From Octopus bimaculoides (Eukaryota): DNA of 64,000 bases. Shown here in pieces: positions 25,206-38,797 of this stretch (within the stretch, counting starts at the first letter, position 1; every line of letters starts with the position of its first letter). The stretch is from positions 64,590,168 through 64,654,167 of the forward strand of contig NC_068984.1 in NCBI RefSeq assembly GCF_001194135.2, in the 5' to 3' direction. The notes beneath the pieces are model-generated. The model was not told the origin of the DNA and searched no databases. It worked only from the letters and a program-made list of their open reading frames with translations. The position numbers and the translations under genes are program-made.

Positions 25206-28171
25206 TACATGTATCTGTAGTATATGTGTTCAAACATTTATGTATGCATATATATACATATATATATGCACACATCACATACACACATATTATGCACACA
25301 TGTTCCAACACACACACACAATTTTATTTTCTTTCTTAGCCAAAAAAAATAATAATAATAATAATGTAAATTGTATTTTCCATTGTGTTATATGAAAATA
25401 TCAATAAAATTATATGGAGAAAGCTTTGAAAATATTCCATACATTAGTATGAAAGAAAAGAAAAAAGAAGACTTTATCATAAAATAACTCCCACATTTCA
25501 ATGTTAAAATGTGATTAATCATATTTTTAACTAAATTAAATTTTCTTTTGAGTTATGAAACATTGTTTCCTTTTTTTTTTTATTCCTTTTGCTTATTTTC
25601 TTTGATTTCTAGAAATTTTCTTTCACTCAGTTTATTTGAAATGACAGCATGGCTATATGCACACATACATATAAAGCCTGCTTTCTGCAGGAATTTGAAA
25701 TAACAAACATCAAAACCATTAATCATTGTAAAAGTTAGTTTATTCTCTTATATTGTTTCCTATAAAAATCTGGAGCAATATAAGAAATTATAGCAGAATA
25801 GAAAACAAACCTAATTCAATTATGTTAAAATACAGATGGTTTGCACCCAATAACAGCTTGCAGTTTGATAGGAATTAAGGTCTGAAGGAATCTACATCTG
25901 ATCTAATACAAGATAGATGAATGCAAAATTGAATTTGAATATACTCTGTGTAACTTCACCATTGTCAGAGTCATACAATTACAGTATTATAACAAGAATT
26001 ATATTTCAGCATATTGCATCAGTAGGTAGCTTTCATGTGGTTCTATAAAAAGATAATACAGGGAACTTTAATAACCTAGTAGTTTACTAATCAGAACTGT
26101 TGCAAGTCACTCAATCCAGTTTTATGTTGTTCTATCCTTTTCTTATTCTGTTTATGTTTTTTGGAGGTATTGTTGGTGGTGGGATTTATTCTTTTGATTA
26201 TATATGCATTGTCATCATCACTCAGTTTATCTAATATCTTAGTTTCATCCTTTGCCCAGGTTTAGGCCAGTATGCAAACATTTTCGTAATCATATCAATA
26301 ATACATAGATATAATACCATTCTGAAAACTAAAACATATTACTTTGTACATAAAATCTGTCTGTGTGAAATAAATATTAATGCATTATAAGTGAAGCAGG
26401 GATATGATCAGCAAACTTGATTGTTTAGAGTATACATGTGACTATTTTTTTCACCTACTTGTGGCTACAGATTTGCTTCTCTGTTCAAATAATGTTCTTC
26501 TGGACAGTAAAGAAGTCAATGGAAAGACAATTTTTAAGATGTTTATATATGTGTCCGTATGGTTTACTTTATTTGTAAAGATAGTCACACTTTACATATT
26601 TTTAGCAAGTGAGAAAACAAATGCTAATGATAGAATCATTTCATTTCCTTCAAAGAAAAACAAAAGAGAAAAAAAATCTAAAAAGAAAAACCATTTCAGC
26701 CCAAGAAATCTGGTTGGACTTATGACCTGCCAGTACAATATGAAGGAATAGTTTTGATCTTTGAAGAATACATGATAGAAAAATAGAAAATTATCCTATA
26801 TATGTTTAATCTTGGTAATGTAGTTGTGTCAAAAGTTTGTGAGCAAATAGAAATAAAACGCATTCTATTTATTACTAAAATACTAGATATCCATTAAACT
26901 ATGCTGATATCTATGTAAACAAATACCACAAGATGCTAAGGAAACAAAAATGGCAATGGTAAAAGATTAAATTGATAAAACTGCCAAGATTCTGCATTTG
27001 GCAACACTTAGTCTCAAGTAATCTGAACAAATCAATAAAATATGAGAACAAGAACAAATTGGAAGCATTTCACTGAACAAGAAAACTGAGAAGCCTTTAA
27101 GAGCATATAAAAGAAATTCCGATATGATTGAGGAATTATCTTGACTGGTAGGCAAACTGCTTTACTATAATAGCAAGATCTAAAGTTAGCGAGAAAATAC
27201 TTTTTTTTTTTCAGTAAAATCCCCACCAACATTGATATAAAAAAAATTGTTAAAAATGACAAAATCAATACATATTGCATTTTGCTTTCTTATTTTTATT
27301 GTTGTTCTTTTTCATTATTATTATAGTGAACTGGGTGGGTGGAGGTAGAATAAAGATAGGTAAGGGGCAAAGTATGCAAATATATATATATTAAGCTGTA
27401 AACACTATTTTTAGATCATAAAAAGAGTTGCAGTTTATTGTTATGTATGGAAGCCGTGATGGTAGTGAAGATGGTAGATATGGGAGCAATGAAGATGTTT
27501 TTAAACTGAAGTCAAAATATATTGTAAACAGTTTACTGTTAGCTATAATGTTAGAACTCATTTCTAAGAGAATTTTTAATTCTTGTTTTTATCTGTGTTG
27601 CGAAGGTTAGCTGAATAGATTGATGCCTCCTCCTACTTGTAATATTTTCTTCATCTAATGGCATGGAAAAGAAAGCATTTAAACCTTATAAGACTGACAT
27701 AACATGGAAGGAAGTTAAATAACATTATTATTAGGATTGTGTAACAAGCAAATTCAAAGAGCCAGTCTTCGGTCACTTAACAATTCTAGTAAGAGTAGTA
27801 ATTAACATAGTAACTATATTTTCTACTACTTCTATTATTACTACAACCACTACCAACACTACCAGCATATCAGCTCTAGAGTTAACCAGTATGACCATTT
27901 CTGCTTTTAACCATGTTATATCTAATAACATTCTTGCTCACTCTAAGTACAGTATAAGATATGCATGAAATATTCATTAGAAGTGTTGATGAGTATTTTT
28001 ATGCCCCTGATTTATACAATGTAAGTGGGAAAAGTTAGTCTACTGCACAAAATCCTACTACAGGTTACATCCATGATTGAATTTGAACACAACAGTAGGG
28101 AGAATATATACACTTTAGTATATTACAATGTTTGCAGTATGAAACACTTTAGTACATTACAATGCTTGCAG

Positions 28172-28200
28172 TATTCACCTTGCTGAAAGCAAGGTGAATA
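28172..28200. other. Perfect 13-bp inverted repeat with GAA loop, preceded by a 34-bp tandem duplication
   Basis: TATTCACCTTGCT-GAA-AGCAAGGTGAATA. ACACTTTAGTA(T/C)ATTACAATG(T/C)TTGCAGTAT occurs at 28110 and 28144. Confidence 0.85.
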
Positions 28201-29698
28201 TTATTACCTCCCCATAGGATTTTCTTTTTACAACTTCCTACACTTAACCATCTGGAATATAAATACTTTGACTATGGACAAATGGTTGTACTGTTAACAT
28301 GATATGAACCATTAACCACCATTCATTCAGCAATAAAATGTCTTACTGTTCAATCCAGAAATGATTGTCATTAGATACTAGAATTTATTAACATAAGATA
28401 TATATATATGAATATATATATAAAAATTACCTTATTAGAGATGCCTAACTGTTTTCTGTAGAGTAAATAGTAACTGACAGAAATGTAAAGTGTTCTAGAA
28501 AATTAAATTATAGCTTCTCTGATGTTTTGAACAGGAATTATCTACACTTGATAAAAAGAAACAAAATCGAAATTTCAAATACAAACCAATTTGTAATATC
28601 AAAAAAAAAAAAAAATACGTGTTTATATATATATAAATATTAAGCATAATTTTTGCTTTCTATTTCATTTTTAAGTACTGAATATGAATATGAATTTCTA
28701 TTTTTATTTTTTTATTATTTTTAAAATAAAGCAAAGTGATAGTAATGGTTGATAATGTGTTGGTACACATCAAGTGGGGATGATAAAGAACAATGATAAT
28801 GTTAAAGGTGCTGCTGATGATGAACTCAGAAACTTAATTCTTCACATGCTGCTTAATATTTACTCTTACACACAACCACCCAGCCATGCATGATCACCAA
28901 CTATTTCTAACCAAAGTTTCGAAACAAACCAATTACAGGCAAGAAACAGACTAATCAATCAATGTCAGCCTCCACATTTCAAACAGTAATGACTGTTAAA
29001 TCAGTCACAGCAGCAGCAACAACAATAATAACAAAAGTAGGAGCAAAGAAAGAACTGACTGAAGAGGAAACAGAGCTGTCTCAAATTACAACTCTATCTA
29101 TCTGTCTGCTTGCCTATTTATCTATCTGTCTGTCTATCTATCTATCTATCTATCTAAAAAATACATACATGTGTGCGTGCACACACACAAATTTTCACTG
29201 TCATGTAAGAGTTGTAGAGTACATTAAAATTTATTTTTGCTTAGTGCAAATACAATCTGATGTAGAATTCAATATTTTGAATATAGCGGATAGCTATGTT
29301 TATAGTATCAAAGGTCGACAATCTACACCCTAGGCTGAACTATTCACATTTGTCATGAACAGTCAAAGACTCAGGGCAGACAGGTAACATTTGATATAAG
29401 AAACATATAGGTATGTGTTATTTGTATGTGTGTTTGTGTGTGTGTGTGTGTGTATGTACGTATTATGTATGTATGTATGTATGTATTTAGAAAAGTGAGA
29501 AGTTCTTTCATCAACAACCTTAGAGCATATACTGGATGCACTTTACCAACTCTAGAGAAATTATTTTAACCCCAGCAAGAGTCCTCTATTCTATATTTTT
29601 AGAAGGCAAAAAAAAAAAACTTTGGTGGGATTTGAACTCAGAATTTTAAAAAACTCAGAACAAATACCACAATGCCTTTTTAATTAACATGGTAGAAT

Positions 29699-30062
29699 GT
29701 AGTGGTTAGCATATAGTGGTTAGTGTATAGTGGTTAGGGTATGGTGGTTAGTGTACATTGGTTAGCATATAGTGGTTAGTATATAAGGGTTAGTGCATAA
29801 TGGTTAGGGTATTTAACACACAATTGCAAGGCCATGAGTTCGATGCTTGGTAGCACATTGTGTCCTTGAGCAAGACACTTTATGTGTACCAAAGGGCCAG
29901 CCTTGTCAAATTCTGTATCATGCTGAATCTCCCTGAGAGACAATGCCAAAGGTAGATGTGACTGTGGAGTGCTCAGCCACTTGCACATTAATTTCAATAG
30001 CAAGCTGGTCAATTGATCAGATCAACTGGAACCCTCATCTTTGTAACCAACAAAGTGCCAAT
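29699..30062 (+). mobile_element. Family E SINE whose head D-loop is amplified 8x
   Basis: 8 x 14-bp (ATAGTGGTTAGNNT) at 29699-29810, then GAGTTCGATGC, TCCTTGAGCAAGACACTTT and a C-type tail to GTAACCAACAAAGTGCCA. Confidence 0.8.
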
Positions 30063-30071
30063 TTTTTTTAA

Positions 30072-30225
30072 TGATTGGTGTTAGGAAGGGCATCCAGCTT
30101 TAGAAACTCTGCCACATCAGATTGGAGCCTGGTGCAGCCTTCTGGCTCACCAGCCTTCAGTCAAACCATCCAACCCATGCCAACATGGAAAGCGGACATT
30201 AAACAACGATGATGTTGATGATGAT
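30072..30225 (+). mobile_element. Family B repeat 3' part
   Basis: GGTGTTAGGAAGGGCATCCAGC...CAACCCATGCCAACATGGAAAGCGGACATTAAAC(GAT)n. Confidence 0.85.
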
Positions 30226-30289
30226 TCTACCTTTCCATTGTTTTCATTTAATAATGATAACAACAACAATAATATTTGATAAATGAAAA

Positions 30290-30810
30290 ATGTTTATGGG
30301 CTGGGCAAAGTTCAGAGAGCTTCTACCTATGTTGGTAACTAAGGGCCTCTCTCTCAAAGTGAAAAGCAAATTGTATGATGCCTGTGTACATACAGCTATG
30401 CAATGTGGCAGTGAAATAAGGACAATGGCTACAGGGGACTTGCAAGGGCTTGAAAGAAATAAAGCTAGCATGCTCCGCTGGGTGGGTAAAGTCAGTGTGC
30501 ACACAATAAAATGTAAATGAGTTAAGAGGAAAACTGGGTTAAGAGGTGTCAGATGTTGTGTGCAAGAGGGAAGACTGAACTGGTTTGGTCATGCGATGTG
30601 TATAGATGAGGTTAGCCACTTACAGAAGTGCCGATCTCTAATTGTGGAGAGAACCTGTAGCAGGGGTAGACCCAGGAAGACATGGGGTGAAGTGGTAAGA
30701 AAAGATTTTCAGGTGCTGGGCTTCACTGAGGAAATGACAAGGGACTGGGAGTTGTGACAAATTGGTGTACTTGAGAAGACACATCAAGCTAAGTAAAATT
30801 GCAGTCATCC
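30290..30810 (+). mobile_element. RTE-clade LINE 3' fragment (post-RT C-terminal region), decayed
   Basis: KGLSLKVKSKLYDACVHTAM..GSE....LERN..SMLRW...RLNWFGH....GRPRKTW.EVV..D. WFGH and GRP.KTW are typical of RTE ORF C-termini. Broken by a stop/frameshift near 30520-30560. Confidence 0.88.
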
Positions 30811-31486
30811 TCACACACAGGCAAATGACAAAATTAAACTAATTAAACTATAGACAAAATTAAACTAATCCCCAACATACTACTAGTACTTAATTAATCT
30901 CAAGCATGTAAAAAGACAAAGCTAAGATTTAAGGAGGGTTATAACTCTAAAGCAATAAAGCATCATACTTAGGAAAATTTAAGACTTCCACCAAAACATT
31001 TTCTAACAAAAGCTACTAAACACCTCCCCTTCCCCCTCTCTCTCACTCTCTCTTTCACACACACACACACACACACACCGCACACACATCTATGTAAATA
31101 CACAGAGACACAGCTATTTTTTTTTTTTTTGTCATGTCTTTACTGTTCTACAAATTTCTATGCTTTACTGAGACATTTATTTTATAACTAGAAGCTATTT
31201 CAACTATTCAGCATTGAAGTAGTAATACGTTTTACCTTTTTTTTTAATGAAACAAGTAATGTGACTTTCCAAGACACATCACAACTGCACGAGAGTTAAA
31301 ACTGATGTCTTTTAACACCATTAGCTATTAAACATAGCCACTGTCTTTTTCTCAGTTTTATTTTTTTTAATTAATTAATCAACTACAAATCCACATTCTG
31401 CTCTACTTGAATGAGTCTGTGTCCTGAATTCTGCTGTCACTACTTTGACTGAAGTGTACACATACACACACATGCATGCATATGTA

Positions 31487-31527
<41 letters not shown>

Positions 31528-31896
31528 GTTTTGAATATGTAAATAAAGCTCCAATTCCATTATGCTGGCAACAGTCTAATGATGCTGACTGGTGAACTAG
31601 TTTTTCTGGGTTGCATCAAGCTGTACCGATATAATGTAGGATAAATATAATAATAACAACAATAATCCTTGGATGGAATTTATAAACATTTAATACATTA
31701 CTACATGCATTTCCAAAAGTCACATGACACAAGAAACACAGTCCATATTTCTGAGATAATTATAGTGCAGTCCATAGTATCTGTGCGCATAGAGTTGATC
31801 ATCTTCGTGGATTCACTTCTTCAAGCAATAAAACATTAATGGATATACAACATAGGGATAAACATCCCTTTTTACTAGTATGAAGGTTAAGCAAGT

Positions 31897-31951
<55 letters not shown>

Positions 31952-32719
31952 AAATTAACATTTTCAAATTTTCTCCTTTAAAATTAATATTTTCAAAGGA
32001 GATATCTGAGCTTGCCCTACTCAACTGCAATATAAAATAAACAGTATTTTGAATGAAATGACACTAAACATATCCATATTTCACTGATACATAGGTAGCT
32101 GGCAAATTCAAAAGATGCCTGTTAAATATAAGCTCAATATTACAGCAATAAATTTACACTGAATTGACACTAGAGAAACTACATTAGCCAAGATACAATA
32201 CATAATAGTTTTACTTTATATTTTTTTTGTTTTACTCAAAGAGCAACATAAAAGAAGCTAACTAATAATATATATTACCATTGTGTTAGACGCCAACCAT
32301 CAACAAAACCCAAACTATCACTTTCATGTGTTTCAGTTCTACTTCTCAAAGCAGTTTTCAAAGCAAGGTAGTAGGTGTTAAAGTCACAAAATCTTTGTTT
32401 CAATTACACATAATACAACAATTATTGAAGCTAGTGTGACACATCTAATGTATACAAGAAAGGAAAAAAATGGGTATTAACACTATTAATATGATGATTT
32501 CAGTGAGATGAATTAATGCATAACAATGTTCTAAGCTGGCTTGGAGGAAGTTGTACTAGGAAACTTCTTTCAATGATTTTGGTAAATGTGGTATGTCAGA
32601 TACTAATTCTTCTAATATTGTTATTCTTAAACATCAGATATGACATGTTTCTATTCTTAAATAATGTAGGCTGATGCTAACAATGTTATCCTAAAGAAGG
32701 ACATTGACACAAAAGAAAT

Positions 32720-32880
32720 GTTAGAATGTACATTTATGTTTCTGGGTTCAAATCCTGCCAGGTTTGATGTTGCCTTTTTATCTTTCTGAAGTTGGCAATA
32801 TAACATCAGACATGAACTGGAGTTGATTTCATCAACTACCCTTTCCCTATGAATTTGTGCCTTATAGTGAGAAATCAATA
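32720..32880 (+). mobile_element. Family F SINE, decayed
   Basis: gggttcaaatcctgccagg..gttgcctttttatc...ctggagttgatttcatcaac...tttgtgccttatagtgagaaat. Confidence 0.62.
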
Positions 32881-33856
32881 TGCAAACTTTAATGATACAA
32901 TGTAATACTTTCTAATTCTAAGAGGATTCAAATCCTGAGATCAATAATGTACCTATACAATCAATATATTATATTGATTTCTAAAACTGACACAAGACAA
33001 GGCTATATTCATTATTAACTTTGGTGGTGATGGTGAAGGGGAAATTATTTTCATCTTAATCTCAGTACTTAATCGGTGAAAAACAAAACCAGTCTCTTGT
33101 GGGATTTGAGCCCACAAAATAAAAGGACATGACTAAACATTGCAACATCACTTCAATCAATGCTCTACTGATTGTACCATCCATCAACCTCATCCAATAA
33201 ACTATATAAATATATTATTCCAGTTACCAATTATTAGAATTACTGAATTATTATGTTCTATTCTTTCACCTCTTTATGTCAATTTTCCAATAATTTAAAT
33301 TACTTTCCAATTGGTTGGATTGTTTGAAAATTCACATGAGTGCACATATTCACAAATTGACAAAAGCAAACATTTCACAATTGGATAACCTCTCTAACAT
33401 CATCCAACCATGAATGATCGTATTTTTCAAATGAGGTGAAAATACCCATGGGCTCATTCAATGACATTTCAAGACACCTAAGTGAGTATAACCAGTACTT
33501 TAACCACATAGCCTTCATATTACATCTACTTTTATCTATTTCATTTGCTATTTTTTCCCTCAACTCTTTTATTCCATCTAAAAGAAGTTTCAATAATCAA
33601 ACAAAAATAAAATGTTATCAACACTTAAAATCACAAATAAAATTCATGAGATTGTTCGAGATTTTTTCCCCGTCTTCTTTCTAAGGTTTTAATATTAGTA
33701 ATGTATGAAGTAACAGCAACTATTTGAAGTATTAAAACATCTTTTATTTGCAGACATCTTGATATTCCTTTGCTTTCCATTTAAAAGACAATTTTAACAA
33801 AAGTGAAAAACAAAATAAAATATATAAGGTAAAATTAAAACTAGTTTAGTTATCAG

Positions 33857-34067
33857 TCAGTAACTACAAAAATCCCTGTAATCATCCACTGTTGCTTTTT
33901 GAAGATATCTACTTCATTTCATTTGATATTGTACAAAGCTAACATCTTAACAACATCTAAACTGAAAAATTCATGGATAAATACAAAATAAAAAGAAAAT
34001 AAAGGTATCTTTTTTTTTCTCTCTCTCTCTAGTAGCAGTTTGCTTTTGTAGTTGTCATTGTTTTACT
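33857..34067 (+). repeat. Left arm of a ~200-bp inverted duplication (partner 38300-38501)
   Basis: tcagtaactacaaaaatccctgtaatcatccactgttgctttttgaag...ttttgtagttgtcattgttttact aligns to the revcomp of 38300-38501 with scattered substitutions. Confidence 0.88.
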
Positions 34068-34771
34068 TGTTTCCTCTATGAATATTTGTTTCTATATGAA
34101 TATTTCATTCACATTATTTCTATCTAATCCTAGGAATTGGAAATCACAATGGAATATGTAAAAACTGAATCCCAGGCTGAATGAGAATGTAATAAAATGC
34201 AAAACAATAATAACTGGTCTAAAAACAAAATCTGTTTATTTATTGCAGTTACTTGAAGATAAAAGACAATCAATAATTACTATAGAGATTAAATAACTTG
34301 ATTTTCATTTATCAGTTTCCTTTGCTTTTCATACAACAACCATAATGCAAAGATTATAAGCATGATAAGAAAGTGGAGGGTGGCAATGCTGGTTGGAAAA
34401 GTGATAGTGATATCCTTGAGTAACACATGGAAATGCATTGTCATAAACCTAGTACTGATCAGTCACCATCAGAAGTTGTTATAGCTTGTAATTATAAAAT
34501 ATTTATGATAAAAATCAAAAAATTGTTATAGAATAAGGAAGTAGCTACACATTTATAGAACAAACTAGACAACACAGGATGAAATAAGTTTTATGACCAA
34601 GTTGACACTATATTAAGATGTATGGAAGAATGCTATAGAAGATGTATGGAAGAGTTCTATAGACATGTAAGTATACTAGCATGAGGATAAAAAAGCAATA
34701 CAACAAAAGGATTTGTACATATTTTGTTGTATCTTGGAAGGCTTGAATCTTCCTCCACAAACTGCATAGTA

Positions 34772-35026
34772 CAGTCATGACCAAAAGTTTGGAAAATAGG
34801 TCTGGAAATGAGAAATTTTAATTTTAAATGCCCCTAAGTTATATTTAATTTGCAATATATTATTACTTGACCAAAAGTTTGGAACATAGGTCTGAAAATT
34901 AGAATTGACGCATTGGATCAGTTATTAGGTAAGTATAACTATGTTGTATATATTTGAATCGAATTGTATTCAGGCATAAAAATTTTAATTTAAAAAAAAA
35001 ATGTTCCAAACTTTTGGCTACAAATG
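34772..35026. mobile_element. Tc1/mariner-type MITE, 255 bp
   Basis: TA at 34770-71 and 35027-28. Left end CAGTCATGACCAAAAGTTTGGAAAAT; right end (revcomp) CATTTGTAGCCAAAAGTTTGGAACAT. An internal extra copy of the left end starts at 34868. Confidence 0.8.
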
Positions 35027-36563
35027 TATGTTCAAAATACAGATTTCATATTTAAGTTGAAAATCTTGGACAAAATGTTCCACACTCATTGTAAGATGGC
35101 CATGACTAACATTTCTGATCAATAAGCAATCTCTGTGAGACAGGCCTGCTCAAACAAAAGTAACTTATGTGAATTAACAGTGAAAGAAACATCATTTCCC
35201 TCCTAATGACACGGAAATTAGTGCTATACCAAAATATTCTCCTGTCTAACAAGCAAATTATCTGATAAAATTTCATAATAAAGAAATTATGAGCAACACC
35301 AACAGAATTTATCTAAAGAAAAATAAATGTTGAAAGCATTATATGCAGTTAAAGTTGGAACCAAATAAATCTGTAACAAACATGTGATCATGTGATAATG
35401 TTTGTATATGTAGCAAGAAAATAATGCAAAGAAACAAGAGATTAGGTCTTTTAAAATTTTGGTGAATATATATCTAACTTCCAATGAAAACTAGAAATAC
35501 CATGCTATATTAAAGACTTCAAAATATACAGACTCTATAATATAAAGTTGCACAGGAAAACTATGAAATAAATAAAATCTATTATTTGACGGTTGTTTGA
35601 TATGATGACAGTACAATGTCGAATTCAAAGTATTATAGATGTTTCACATGAAATAGTGATTTTAAAAAAAAGTTACTTAGAAGAAAACAAGAGGGGAAAA
35701 AAAAGTTTTTGTAGATTGAATAATAAAAAGCAGAATATCACAAGAAATATATTGTTGGTTAGAAATATATTTGTAAAAATCATAAGGTTTGAGTATATTT
35801 TGTGCTGTAGTAAAGTCAGAAAATTTGTTCTTTTATTTTATTTTTTTTTTTTTTTCAGCTTTGGAATTCATTCGATAATTGTTACATTAAGATCAAAGTC
35901 TTATATACATAAATAATATCTATATCATACTTTGATTCACGGAGATTAAAACCAACAAATACAATAGACAAAGTCAGTGTAGCAGACTATCACATTAAAT
36001 TTGGTGCTGTGTGTGTGTGCATGTAACAAATCTGTTTAAAAAAACCTTCTGAGAAAATGCAATGAAAATGTCTAAGTGCAAATAATGATTCCTGGTGAAA
36101 AGCAGTTCAAGAATCGTTAAGTAACTACTTATGCTAAAGCCTATCTCACATTTCATATAGAAACAAAGCTAACAATATGCTTAACTTGGTCAGCTTAATC
36201 CATTTCCCCTGTCAATATATGTTAGGATTAAATGAGATGGCTGGTGAGTAACTTACAATAAGCAATATTTACATCTATTAATGGTACATAGCTATTATTC
36301 AGAAGCAACTTGTCAAATTGCAGCTTACATCAAATCTTGCACTTCGTCAAAAGAAAACTTAAGTTATTTGTCTTAATGTGGTTGAAGTTGGAGACCTCTC
36401 AAATAACATTAGCTATATTCAGTGCATATACATCTATACACACACACACACATACATATACACATATCTACATGCACATACATACAAACATATAGACTGT
36501 GTATGTATTTATATGTATGTATCTACATCTATCTATCTATCTCTATATATGTGTGTGAGTGTC

Positions 36564-36599
<36 letters not shown>

Positions 36600-38179
36600 A
36601 GTGGATGAATACCTGCATGTGTGTATGCATATGTGTGTAATTATGTATATACTTTCATGGTGTTATATTTGATCAACATTAATATTATGTCACTCATTCT
36701 CTTTAAGGTATTTCAAACTTTGTGAAGGTCACCATTTATATGCGCATTTTAAAGCAAATGTTTCCTGATTATATATTTGTAGCACAATATTAAATTTAAT
36801 GCTCTGATATTTATTTCAGAAAATATATTCCCTAAAGAGAGGGATTATGACAGTTCAGGGCTTCAATCGAAATACTAATTTAGATACTCATTGACAGCTA
36901 AGAAGATTTACCCAGGCAAGAGTAAGATCTTTTGTCTCTCTACAGCATAAATGAAGGGATACAAACAAGTGATCTTTCATCTAGTAGGTCAGCATTCTTA
37001 AAATAAAAGACATATAACAACAGCACTAAATACCATGTTGCAATTTGTAAATCTGCCATTCATGTTTTAGTATGGAACAATGAACATGAATGGATATTGC
37101 AGAGCAATCTGATTTGAGATTGAATTCAGATGTATTAAAATTGTAATTTTTTTAGCAGATAGTCAGATATTATCTTACACCAAGATTCACCAGGTTGAGA
37201 ACACTGTGTAACATGAGTTTTTGTCCTTGGGTAGTGATTGTTATTTCCTATTTGCTTACCCCTAGAAAATATGAAAAATGGCTAATATTTCTTTCAAACT
37301 TTGCTTTTGTTACATTTGGTGAAACTCCAAAAAGTCCCTCTCAACACATGACTATGATGCTCTCACACTATTCAGAGATGCACTTATTGTCAACCACAAT
37401 GGGACATGCTCAATTGGTTAAGGTCAAGCAATTGATAAGCAAATTGAGCAGAATATTTGCTATAATAATATTTCAGCTTCAACAACTCAGTGCTGAATCT
37501 GTCTGAAATGTAATGGAACATAGGTCAGTTTCAAAAAATTGTTGTCCCTGTCACAAAATCAAAGTTTGAAGGGAATAGTAGTCATTTCCTTTGATTTCTA
37601 GATAGAAGTAAATAAGAAATAACACTTACTGACCAAAAACAAAGTCAAAAAAGAAAAATTGTGTTACACAGTGTAACAAACCAATGAAGGTACTTCCATG
37701 TGGTTACTTAACCAGTTAGAAACAGCAGCAAAACAACTCTCAAACCACACACTACCATTTCAAAAAAGAAATGAAGGACATATTGAATAAGCAGAATGAT
37801 CATAGCTAGAAAGCCTTTGATTAGAACTGATGACCTGGAGTTTAAAAAAGCAATGATGAGGAGTTTCATATTACACTGAATCACAGAGGCATCACTGAAT
37901 GCATATTTTACCTTTATATAGTTTACCTGGGTGACATCCAAAAGGTAATGAATCATAGGACAGCGAGTTAATAAAAGACTCATTAATTTTACCATGCAGC
38001 CATTGTTTACACTGAATTGTTAATCTATTTACACTAAGATGGATAAGATTGCTTGAATGTTATTTCTTGGCTCCTGAAACAATATAGTACCAGAACCAGG
38101 ATAGGAATTGCTGAATTTTTGGTACTCTATTACCATATTAACTGAAACAGCAATATTTCCCCTTTGGAAATAAATGTAT

Positions 38180-38797
38180 GGCATAGGTGCAGACATGGCT
38201 GTGTGGTTGAGAATCTTGCTTCCTAAACACATGGTCTAGGTTCAGTCCCACAGTGTAGCACCTTGGCTTACTGCCTTCTACTATAGTCTTGGGATGATGA
38301 GTAAAAAATGACAACTACAAAAAGAAGTTGTTATTACAGACAAAAAAAGATACCCTTATTTTCTTTTTATTTTGTATTTATCCATGAATTTTTCAATTTA
38401 GATGCTGTTAAGATGTTAGCTTTATACAATAGCAAATGAAATGTAGAAGATATTTTCAAAAAGCAACTGTGGATAATTACAAGGATTTTTGTAGTTACTG
38501 AGTGGATTTAGTTGACAGAAACTGAAAGAAGCCTGTGTGATTATGTGGGTGTTTGTATCTCCTTGTCTTCATATCATGCGATAGTTGTAAACAAATGTCA
38601 CCATCGTACAAGCAGTGTCCTTCGTTACCAATCTTCCATAAAACCCTGTTTGGCCAGGAAACAGATGAAGACTGGAGGTAGTTGGAAAAAGATGAAGACT
38701 GGAGATAAGAAGGGTATACAACCGTAAAAAATCTACCCGAACAAATTCCATTTGATCCTTGGAAGCATGGAAAAGTTGGTATGAAAATGATGGTGAT
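38180..38797 (+). mobile_element. Family D SINE interrupted at 38300-38498 by an inverted local duplication
   Basis: The head ends ...ctactatagtcttggga (38294) and resumes tgagtggatttagttgacagaaactgaaagaagcc (38499). The uninterrupted junction is seen at 5537-5600. Confidence 0.78.
38300..38501 (-). repeat. Right arm of the ~200-bp inverted duplication (partner 33857-34067)
   Basis: Revcomp reads tcagtaactacaaaaatccttgtaattatccacagttgctttttgaaa...tttttgtagttgtcattttttact. Confidence 0.88.

Noticed and set aside
28808-28845. CTGATGA-TGAACTCA-GAAAC motif
   Set aside because: Stem II would be 3 bp with a 2-nt loop, and there is no stem I or III. It is a chance match inside a GAT-rich tract.
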